Shown here: positions 9,401 through 16,156 of the stretch, in pieces
Layout: each line of letters begins with the position of its first letter
Position numbering within the stretch: position 1 is the first letter of the stretch
Program-made: the position numbers and the translations under genes
Notes under the pieces: model-generated
The model's input: the letters and a program-made list of their open reading frames with translations, nothing else
What the model was told of the DNA's origin: nothing
The model's database searches: none
Assembly: GCA_964521995.1 (NCBI GenBank)
Contig: CAZFUA010000001.1
Coordinates: 1-30,570 of the forward strand
DNA length: 30,570 bases
Reading direction: 5' to 3'
From: Candidatus Micrarchaeota archaeon
GTDB lineage: Archaea; Micrarchaeota; Micrarchaeia; Micrarchaeales; Micrarchaeaceae

Positions 9401-9814
9401 GTTCTGCACTATGATGTTGGTGTCGTTTATGTCAGTCCTCTGCCCCATCAGCGCCTCTACGATTTCCTGTTTCGTGACCCCCTTGCCGTTCAGCCTGTAT
9501 CCTATCTTGTTGTTTGACTTTATGACTCTCGCTATCTCAAGTTGTGGATCGCCCGAAAAATTTATTTTCACGTATGCGCGTTTTACGCCGTCTTCCTGCC
9601 TCGGCTTTGCGAAGCTGTTTATGAGCTGCGTGGTGTTGGGTACGCGCATGCGTTTTAATGAACTTTCGCCCAACGCAAAAAGGAGGGAATCGCATATGTT
9701 CGACTTTCCGGAGCCGTTAGCCCCGACTATGCAGTTGAACCCCTTGCTGAACTTTATGTTTACATGCTTGAAAGACTTGAAATTGTGGATCGTTACACTA
9801 TCTAGGTGTGTCAT
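6407..9814 (-). CDS. smc: Chromosome segregation ATPase SMC
   Basis: Walker A GANGSGKSN, two long coiled coils, hinge GRATFIPM/GEVIEPSGIITGG, signature LSGGEKS, Walker B YIFDEID and ISH loop; 1135 aa. Confidence 0.97.
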   Translation of the reverse strand: MTHLDSVTIHNFKSFKHVNIKFSKGFNCIVGANGSGKSNICDSLLFALGESSLKRMRVPNTTQLINSFAKPRQEDGVKRAYVKINFSGDPQLEIARVIKSNNKIGYRLNGKGVTKQEIVEALMGQRTDINDTNIIVQNEISYMINMNSKERRELIDLAAGIKEFNDKKDDAMRELEKVQTRINETQIALNERRGFLDQLEKEKEDAERYIKLSETVKSISYTLLKNSETLAESDYKSMSEALANVENRKKAATAGINEIDLVLEKLSSEKATLSKNLAERSVELSSTNKILENINKETAVKETQINSLKERIAELESQEGQLRAEQKKIRDEAAEDSKMLNAARSDLGGKEKLLASKEMAGLEAQGRSKFDRLNQNQKRIDELYANSESASKQYMQYKFEIESLESSIKSQGSALTSKTADYGNLAKNAEKQKEALSRSESSIIGLSKELESLQGMVKRHQSTMDEIYVDSVNLREKLSSMGGGADRISDYLKRNMAKGFYGRAYELCTYEDKYAVAVNAAAMSRLGYLVVDSAETADRAIRLLKEKHLGRATFIPMNDMVSRRHEERNGLERLVDHVKFEKRFESAFNYIFANTYMVESIENAKSIGFGKARYVTLGGEVIEPSGIITGGSARQLQSPALLESKLKSLEDRKFATSSALEEVNSKIGELQKAIASEQVAAMNASIELKHSTTLSESLKKELDQSAKAIEGMRSRLDKLASAYSETDSERNSLLTELNKLKAENEGIYAMAGASPKHRSSSDGNSMEELRSLRSAVETLRINIATLSKEQELRNERMVELEAQIKSKNDEGKETRKRMAILDAELQELGKGLNEILKKIGKSDADSQGLYKRMQELDSKMSKLGMEKGKYQSDLERANRDTVEQETRKVQLQTRITDIKAEMMSYQNVNFIEGHTQEELESKRTIAKHDIEVLGAVNLKAPEVYELKKKDVDEASSRLNVLGNEGDSIIAMISEIESRKLNIFNGTLNDVNANFQRLYGYIFEGSASLRLDDPKDPFNSGLAITIKSPKNRNSTVETLSGGEKSLVIIMLIFAIQAHNPMSLYIFDEIDASLDKENSKKLSRLMKEMSRKSQLIVISHNDSLITAADTAIGVVHRSGESRVVGLQLTPAHNAESK

Positions 9815-9855
9815 CCATACACCGGGTCGTCTATAAGTTATTATTGTACCTGTAT

Positions 9856-10995
9856 TTATTTGTTTTGTTGGGTAACTTTGCGACGATTTTCAACTTCTGA
9901 ATTGGGCCTTTTTCCTTGGATCCCGTTTGGCCGCGCGTTTCTTGATATATGCAACGCTATTATGGATTCTATGTGCTGCGACATCAGTATCCCGAATATC
10001 CTGTTGCCCCTGACCACTGCTGCGATGTTGCTCTCCGCAGAGCGCATGCTCTCGATTGCGTCGTAAAGGCTCACGCCGTATTTTATCGATGGTATTATGG
10101 TGCCGAAATCCTCCACTCTGCCGGTTGTGTTGCCCTTCTTCAGGAGCCTCTGCAGCGATGAATTAGACAGCACGCCTATTCCCTTGCCCTTCCTGAACAG
10201 AACTATGTGCGCCCTGTTTTTTACGATTGTGCTGTAAACCATGGCAATGCTTGATTTCCCTTTTATGAGCGTGTAATTCCTCGTCGCGGCATCCGAGGCC
10301 TTGAGGCCTGCTATGTTTTTCCTTATGAATGCCGACTGCATTTCGGCCTGGGCGCCGCTGTATATGAAGAACGCTATGGCGACGTCCCACACCACTATGA
10401 ACTCCCTGTAGATCGTTGAATATCCCTTCGCCAGCAGCGCGAACGCCATGGTGCCCGCTATGAACAGCACCGTCACGATATTGCTGGACTTTACTGCAGC
10501 CCTTGTCGCATCGTAGAAGCTCATTTTCCTTTGAAGGTAGCTCCTCAACGCCCTTCCTCCATCAAGAGGCAGCCATGGGAGCAGGTTGAACACCCCAAGG
10601 AATACGTTTAGTATGAAAAGCGTCTGTATCGTTGTGCCTATTATTCCCGGAGGTGTGTAAATGTTTGCTATGCCGAATATCGCTGCGAGAAGCAGGCTGG
10701 CTATCGGCCCCACTATGGAGATCCTGAACTCTATGTCAGGGCTTACGTTAGTGAAGTCTATTATGGAACCGCCGCCGAACGGGTACAGCACTATCTTCCT
10801 TACCTTTATGCCGTTCCTTTTCGAGGTTATTGAATGCATGAGTTCGTGTATGAGCACGCACACGAAAAGGAGCACCCACACCACGAACAGGTACAGGCTT
10901 ATCACAAGTATGAAAAGCAGAAGCATTATGAATGTCCAGTGGAGCTCTATGTCTATTCCGTCTATTTTTCCTATGTTCGGGGAAAATCCGGCCAT
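9856..10995 (-). CDS. Site-2 (M50) intramembrane metalloprotease with C-terminal CBS-like domains
   Basis: HELMH (HExxH), AGP-like IVGP, NLLPWLPLDGGR; multiple TM segments; degenerate CBS-like C-terminus. Confidence 0.92.
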   Translation of the reverse strand: MAGFSPNIGKIDGIDIELHWTFIMLLLFILVISLYLFVVWVLLFVCVLIHELMHSITSKRNGIKVRKIVLYPFGGGSIIDFTNVSPDIEFRISIVGPIASLLLAAIFGIANIYTPPGIIGTTIQTLFILNVFLGVFNLLPWLPLDGGRALRSYLQRKMSFYDATRAAVKSSNIVTVLFIAGTMAFALLAKGYSTIYREFIVVWDVAIAFFIYSGAQAEMQSAFIRKNIAGLKASDAATRNYTLIKGKSSIAMVYSTIVKNRAHIVLFRKGKGIGVLSNSSLQRLLKKGNTTGRVEDFGTIIPSIKYGVSLYDAIESMRSAESNIAAVVRGNRIFGILMSQHIESIIALHISRNARPNGIQGKRPNSEVENRRKVTQQNK

Positions 10996-11049
10996 CTCAT
11001 CCCGATTTATATATAGTAATGAATAATTTTATTATAGCATAGTGGTTTT

Positions 11050-11790
11050 TTGGCTTATAAAGGCATAAGATTCGTTTATGATGAGCCCGCACTGATTGTC
11101 AAGGCTGGTTCGTCAGAGTACTTGGTTGTTGCGGATTTGCACATAGGCATGGAATTGGGCATCTCGAAGCACAGGGGAGTGCACCTTTTCAATGCAACAG
11201 AGCACATGGCCGAAAGGATCGCGCATATGATGGAGGAGTTCTCGCTTGACAACCTCATAATACTCGGAGACGTGAAGGAAAGCATACTGTACCCGGAACA
11301 TGCCGAGATAAGCCTTCTTAAGGATTTTTTCCTCAGGTTGAAGGACTTCAATATAAAGATAGTCGCGGGCAACCACGATGCACACCTTGCCGACATAATA
11401 GGCCGCGAGGTGTCTAGGAATCTCGCGATAGACGGGTTCGGGTTCGTCCATGGCAACAGGAGGCCGGATGAAAAGCTGATGGCATTGGACTATTTGATAA
11501 GCGCACATGACCATATTGCAATAAGGATGGTCGACGGCAGCGGCACGGTTTACGAGCAGAAGGCGTGGGCCTTTTACAGGCTTAACGAGAGCGTGGCGGA
11601 ACGCAACTACGGCAGGTTCAACAAAGGCATAAGGCTGGTGTCTATGCCAGCGTTCAACGAACTCATAATGGGCAGCATGATAGAAAGAAGCCCGAAAGGA
11701 AGGCTGAACCCATTGCTCAGCAACAACATATTCGATTACAAAAGTATAGAAACGTACAACCTGATGGGTCAGCGTGTGCATATAGAGTAG
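11050..11790 (+). CDS. Metallophosphoesterase (calcineurin-like, archaeal SbcD-related type)
   Basis: ADLHIG, LGDVK, GNHD, VHG, AHDH and MPAFN motifs; TTG start. Confidence 0.88.
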   Translation: MAYKGIRFVYDEPALIVKAGSSEYLVVADLHIGMELGISKHRGVHLFNATEHMAERIAHMMEEFSLDNLIILGDVKESILYPEHAEISLLKDFFLRLKDFNIKIVAGNHDAHLADIIGREVSRNLAIDGFGFVHGNRRPDEKLMALDYLISAHDHIAIRMVDGSGTVYEQKAWAFYRLNESVAERNYGRFNKGIRLVSMPAFNELIMGSMIERSPKGRLNPLLSNNIFDYKSIETYNLMGQRVHIE

Positions 11791-11793
11791 CGG

Positions 11794-12003
11794 TCAGTTG
11801 TCTTCGTTTTCCTTGCTATTTTCCTCTCTTAGTATTGTTATCGGTATCATGTTCTTCTCGAACTCAAGTTCTGCAAGATCCAGCGGGTTTATCATGCCAT
11901 CGGGCACCTTTGTGAGGGGCGGTGCGCCATATGCAATCTGCAGGGCCCTGGCCCCGATAATCCTTGCCTTTTCGAATCTAGTGTAACTTTCCATGGGAAT
12001 CAT
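11794..12003 (-). CDS. rpo6: DNA-directed RNA polymerase subunit Rpo6 (K)
   Basis: YTRFEKARIIGARALQIAYGAPPL and PL.LAELEF...IPITI. Start set to ATG 12003, overlapping the upstream TGA (TGATG); ATG 11994 is an alternative. Confidence 0.95.
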   Translation of the reverse strand: MIPMESYTRFEKARIIGARALQIAYGAPPLTKVPDGMINPLDLAELEFEKNMIPITILREENSKENEDN

Positions 12004-13442
12004 CAAATAGGATTTGGCTGGAAGCGCGCCTTCGCCTCGCTCATCTCGTTGTCTACAGCCTTGCGCCAAACTGCAAAACCTTCGACAGACTTCGGGTAGT
12101 CCGCATAAAGCCTGTTGAGTATTTTCATCTTCTTTACAACATATAGAAGGTCGGTAAACGCGTTTATGTTCTGCGCGCCCTGAAGTATCATCTTGAACTT
12201 GCTTGCTATGCTGAGTTCTGGGATGTTCCCGTACCCGAGATCCTTTGCGTCCTGCGCGGTCACGAACATCTTCATTCCGTAATTAAGGAGGTCGTTGTTA
12301 AGCGATTGGAGGTATATCCTGAATACCTCGAGCCCTGCGGTTTTCCTGCCGTATTCCTCGTTGAAATCGAGATTGTACTTCCACAATCCGTTTATGCTCA
12401 CATCGCCGTTGTGCACGGCCTCGGCCGCATCCTTGCCTGAGAGTATACCTGCGACAAGCGCGGGGCCAATGCCCCCTGCGCTTATTGGGTTAGGCATTGC
12501 CATGCTGTCCCCTGCACCCATGTAGCCGTTAAACACAAGGCTTGGCATCTGCCTTCTCACGGCGACAGACCAGTAGCCCTTTCCGTTTTTGTCCGAATTG
12601 TAAAGCTTTAGGTTTTTCAACACAGGATTTGCCTTTATGTAAGCGTCTATTAGAGTGTGCAGGTTGTCTTTCTTTCCGAGCTTCTGGTTCCTCATTTCCA
12701 GGCTTCTGCGCTGCACCCCCAAACCTATGTTGACTTTGTTCTTGCTCTTCGGGAACACCCAACCGTATCCGCCGGGTGCGTAATGCTGGTTCAGGTGTAT
12801 TATGGCGTTCTTCCCGTCATAATAGTCAAGGTCCTCATGGTCAAGCTCGAATTCGTAGATGAATCTTCCTGTAGACTCCACATCGTTGATGTCGACCTCC
12901 CTGTCGACGTACGGATTCTCCGGCAGCTTCCTTCTGAGGTTTGTTGCCATGCCCAATGCGTCTATGGTGACTTTTCCCCTTATCTCCTTGTGTTCCTTGT
13001 TTTTGTCCTTACCGAAAATGCCGACGACGGTGTTGTCCTTTATTATTGGGCCCTCGACCTCGAATTCCGGTATATGCTCTGCCCCTGCATTGATTGCATT
13101 CTTCAGCAACTTGCGCTCGAATGCGGGTCTGTCAAGCGTGTAGCCTTCCCCGTCGAATAGGTACCTGCTTTTTAGGTCAGGCGAAAGCGCCACGACCCCG
13201 TCAACCTTGAGGTCCAGTTCGGGGTGGGAAAATTCCAGGTTTACCATTTTCTTTATGTATTTGAGGTGGGAATCCGCCACCGCATCGCCGCAGGTCCATC
13301 CCCAGTTGGTCTTCTTGCCTACCTCCTCGGCTTTGTTCCTGTCAAGAAGCGCGATTCGCATTCCGGCCTTGGCGGCCATTGCCGCCGCAAGAGATCCTGA
13401 CAGGCCTGCTCCGGCGACAACGATATCATAATTTCCTGACAT
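12003..13442 (-). CDS. Geranylgeranyl reductase-family FAD-dependent oxidoreductase
   Basis: YDIVVAGAGLSG dinucleotide fold, CGDA, DRPAFER, PGGYGWVFP, GAGD and AGGI; ATG 13442 chosen as start. Confidence 0.88.
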   Translation of the reverse strand: MSGNYDIVVAGAGLSGSLAAAMAAKAGMRIALLDRNKAEEVGKKTNWGWTCGDAVADSHLKYIKKMVNLEFSHPELDLKVDGVVALSPDLKSRYLFDGEGYTLDRPAFERKLLKNAINAGAEHIPEFEVEGPIIKDNTVVGIFGKDKNKEHKEIRGKVTIDALGMATNLRRKLPENPYVDREVDINDVESTGRFIYEFELDHEDLDYYDGKNAIIHLNQHYAPGGYGWVFPKSKNKVNIGLGVQRRSLEMRNQKLGKKDNLHTLIDAYIKANPVLKNLKLYNSDKNGKGYWSVAVRRQMPSLVFNGYMGAGDSMAMPNPISAGGIGPALVAGILSGKDAAEAVHNGDVSINGLWKYNLDFNEEYGRKTAGLEVFRIYLQSLNNDLLNYGMKMFVTAQDAKDLGYGNIPELSIASKFKMILQGAQNINAFTDLLYVVKKMKILNRLYADYPKSVEGFAVWRKAVDNEMSEAKARFQPNPI

Positions 13443-13470
13443 AATAAACACTCGGGTATTAGCAATCGGC

Positions 13471-13478
13471 TTTTATAT
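13471..13478 (-). promoter_or_regulatory. Putative TATA box for the GGR-rpo6 unit
   Basis: ATATAAAA on the minus strand ending 29 nt upstream of ATG 13442. Confidence 0.45.
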
Positions 13479-13606
13479 GGCAAGCCCTGCATTTATTGAT
13501 TTGGTGTATATGTTATTAAAATTTTAGACATTGAAAAGATAGTAGAATAATGTATTTGCAATTTAAATAACTTTCCCATTATGAGTTGGCGGGCATTACA
13601 GGCGAG

Positions 13607-14059
13607 TTAAAATCCGAAAATCCTGCAAAAGTTGATGGCCTCTTTCTCTATGCTGTCCTCCCTGGCGTTGTCGTGCTTGGCTATCACTTGCTTCGCGAAC
13701 TCACGAGGTGGCTCCCTGACGCTCCAACGAGCTTTAAGCTAGCTACCTAGCAGCCTGAGCCCAAGCTACGCTTGGTATTGAAAGATAAGTCGAAACTTGT
13801 CATCGTCTATAACCCTAAAGAATTGGATTATCTGACCTTCTGTAAACGCTTTTGACAACGAACCATATTTTGGAGTTCTTCTTTTTCCTGCAAACCTTTT
13901 GGTTTGCGTTTGATGAAGAACTGATTGGAGTTGCTGGAGTTGGTGCCATGAAACATTCATGGACACTTGCCTTAGATTTTCTGAAAATCGCTCAAAATCT
14001 TCCTTCTGGAAGATTTGCCTTCTGGATTTCTGAACCCTGTTTTGTCGTCTGTTTTCCAT
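13607..14059 (-). pseudogene. Decayed tyrosine recombinase/integrase fragment joined to an unrelated 3' gene remnant
   Basis: RRTPKYGSLSKAFTEGQIIQFFRVIDDDKFRLIFQYQA*LGLR: an in-frame TAG (13768-13766) lies directly before the catalytic-Arg LGLR box, with a second TAG at 13741-13739. The fragment starts 3 nt after the tRNA-Leu 3' end. Confidence 0.75.
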
Positions 14060-14061
14060 TG

Positions 14062-14170
14062 TGCAGGGGGTGAGATTTGAACTCACGAAGGCGCTAGGCC
14101 ACAGGATCTTAAGTCCTGCGCGATTTTCCGTGGCATAGCTTCTTGCCAGACCAGACTCCGCAACCCCTGC
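14062..14170 (-). tRNA. tRNA-Leu(UAA) with a 25-nt D-loop intron (position 20/21, 14125-14149)
   Basis: Acceptor stem GCAGGGG/CCCCTGC, D-stem GCGG/TCGC, anticodon arm CAGGA-CTTAAGA-TCCTG, long variable arm and T-arm GTGAG-TTCAAAT-CTCAC. The insert forms a bulge-helix-bulge-like motif. CCA is not encoded. Confidence 0.93.
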
Positions 14171-14174
14171 AGTG

Positions 14175-14909
14175 TTAAGCGTACATGGACGGGCCGGTAT
14201 CGTCTACGTTCTTCTTATAGTTTTCGTGCGTTTCCTTGTGCCTTTTGATCAGCTCCTTTATCTTCGCCTCCGCCGCCTTCGCCTCCTTGTCAAGATCCGT
14301 TACGTCTATGTTTAGCTTCATCAGCTTGTTGAGGCTGTCTATCGCTATTTCTGCATATATCGGATCTATTATGTTCTGATGGACAGGCACCATTATGTCC
14401 ATGTCATTAATGCTGTCCATCGCCGCCTTTGAAAGAAGCAATGCGCTCACTCCTGTAGCAACGCCCTCTTTTATTGGCTTGAGTCCCGCATTCTCTGCAC
14501 TCTTTGTTGCGTTTTCCGTAGATGCTACGACAAACGGGATCCTGTCGTCCCCCTGTGAGGGGATTCCCCCAATGGAGTATATGTAGGTTATTCCGTTCTT
14601 GCGCACGAAATCGTATACAACGTTGCTAACATCATAAACAAGGTCCAGCGTTATTGCGAACTCTGCAAATATGGTGACGATTTTCTGCTTCTCCGATACG
14701 TATATCCTTATTGGCGGCATGGGTTCGTTTTTGTGCACGGAGATAAGTGGCGGGAATCTATTGCTTTCGAGATATCCGACGTACTCCATCTCAAGCTTGT
14801 CTATTATGTAGCTTATGGCCATTGGCCCCACAAGCCCGGCTGCTGGAAATCCCTCTATAAAAGTATAACCTTTGAGGTTCACGTCCTTGAATAGTTTTAT
14901 GTCTATCAT
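14175..14909 (-). CDS. PAC2-family proteasome assembly chaperone
   Basis: EGFPAAGLVG.MA.SYII, PPIRIY, SIGGIP, G..TG.S.LLL and P..A..AI..L..L.....D...L...A patterns. Confidence 0.9.
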   Translation of the reverse strand: MIDIKLFKDVNLKGYTFIEGFPAAGLVGPMAISYIIDKLEMEYVGYLESNRFPPLISVHKNEPMPPIRIYVSEKQKIVTIFAEFAITLDLVYDVSNVVYDFVRKNGITYIYSIGGIPSQGDDRIPFVVASTENATKSAENAGLKPIKEGVATGVSALLLSKAAMDSINDMDIMVPVHQNIIDPIYAEIAIDSLNKLMKLNIDVTDLDKEAKAAEAKIKELIKRHKETHENYKKNVDDTGPSMYA

Positions 14910-15074
14910 CGTCTCACGTATAGCATTTTAGTTGGAAAAGCTTATAAACGTTAGAAAGATGTAGCAAATTGCCTTACCATATGTGTTTTTATACCTACAT
15001 TTGGCATACGTTTCTGACGTTATATCGACGATAGGTATATAAATCTATTCAGTGATATAAAGACGGTGAATTAT

Positions 15075-15299
15075 ATGGCAGAAAGAATAGGCTCAGAAAA
15101 GCTACAAAGAGAAGACGGGTATCTTTACTATCTTGGAAAGGACGGATATGTATGGAGGACCCCGATGAAGACCAACAAAAGAGGCAGGAAGGCAAAGGTC
15201 GGGGGCGAAAGAATAAAGAGAGATCAAGGATACCTTTACTTCATAGACAAGAGCGGATATGTAGCAAGGGCAAAGATGAACAGAAAGGGAAGAAGGTAA
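15075..15299 (+). CDS. Small basic CC1-like (crenarchaeal chromatin protein 1) nucleic-acid-binding protein
   Basis: Two internal repeats, REDGYLYYLGKDGYVWR and RDQGYLYFIDKSGYVAR; K/R-rich; GGTGA Shine-Dalgarno at 15065-15069 before ATG 15075. Confidence 0.7.
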   Translation: MAERIGSEKLQREDGYLYYLGKDGYVWRTPMKTNKRGRKAKVGGERIKRDQGYLYFIDKSGYVARAKMNRKGRR

Positions 15300-15358
15300 T
15301 TATTGATTATTTGTTTGCTTTTTCTTCCTATTTTTTTTATTGATATTTAGAGGGTGGT

Positions 15359-15748
15359 TTGGCGGCTAGGAAAAGGCGCAGGTCGAATAGTGGTAAGAGA
15401 GATAGACCCTTCGGGGTATTATTGTTATTAGTACTCGAGATCGCTACCGCCTTCTACATGTTTTTAGGGGTTGCCGCATTCAGCGCCGTGCGCCTCTTGG
15501 GGTTCAGGAGCATAGTCAGCTTTATAGCGGGCTTCGGAGGTGCAATACTTCTTATAATAGGATTTGCGCTCCTTTTTTCAGCTTATGGATTATGGTCAGG
15601 GGAAAGGTGGGGCTGGTGGCTCAGCATGATAATGTCAGGCTTGCTCGTACTCACAATTGTGTTTTTGGACATACCGGGCTTCATCATAGGACTTATCCTC
15701 CTTTATTACCTGACAAGGAAGAGGGTCAAGCGTTGGTTCAGGCTTTGA
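15359..15748 (+). CDS. Small integral membrane protein (about 4 TM)
   Basis: Basic N-terminus, RPFGV, hydrophobic helices, YGLWSGERWGWW and YYL.RKRVK.WF C-terminus; TTG start. Confidence 0.75.
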   Translation: MAARKRRRSNSGKRDRPFGVLLLLVLEIATAFYMFLGVAAFSAVRLLGFRSIVSFIAGFGGAILLIIGFALLFSAYGLWSGERWGWWLSMIMSGLLVLTIVFLDIPGFIIGLILLYYLTRKRVKRWFRL

Positions 15749-16124
15749 GCCCGGGATTCAAAATTGAGTTTCTGGTTAACCTTGTACTCTTTACAGTGCC
15801 GCTGGTGAATTCTAGTATGTACTTAGATTTCTCCAATGGTGCATATGTTTTGCATGAAAACATGGATTTGCATGGCCGCGCGTTTTCCACAATGCCTATA
15901 ATCCTAAATTCCTCATTCAACCAAACAGCATCGATGCTGAATAGCATATTGTACATCCATATGCTATGCGCGTCTTCATAGGGGAAGACAAACAGCATGC
16001 ATTGGTTCTTTGCGAGCCTTTCCCTGAACATCAGGCCAATCATCCTTTTTATCGCGGTGTCTGCCACCAATGCGTTGTATCTTATGCCTTTTATCAACAG
16101 CCTTCTTGTCCTGTACCGCTGCAT
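15738..16124 (-). CDS. DUF192 family protein
   Basis: VADT...R..GLMFR, MLFVF, IWM.NM.FSID.VWL, A.PC and KYILE..SG. Start moved to ATG 16124 to avoid overlap with the dehydrogenase. Confidence 0.88.
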   Translation of the reverse strand: MQRYRTRRLLIKGIRYNALVADTAIKRMIGLMFRERLAKNQCMLFVFPYEDAHSIWMYNMLFSIDAVWLNEEFRIIGIVENARPCKSMFSCKTYAPLEKSKYILEFTSGTVKSTRLTRNSILNPGLKA

Positions 16125-16156
16125 CTTGTAAAGGAATCTTAACAGACATTCACCGA

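Noticed and set aside
12004-12069. N-terminal extension of rpo6 in the ORF track (MAQGCRQ...)
   Set aside because: It overlaps the GGR 3' end; homology starts at MIPMESYTRFE and a TGATG coupling explains the start.
13766-13768. In-frame TAG in the integrase as a possible pyrrolysine or recoding site
   Set aside because: A second TAG and loss of homology follow within 10 codons, TAG is used as a normal stop elsewhere (e.g. 11790), and no pyl genes are present; pseudogenisation is simpler.
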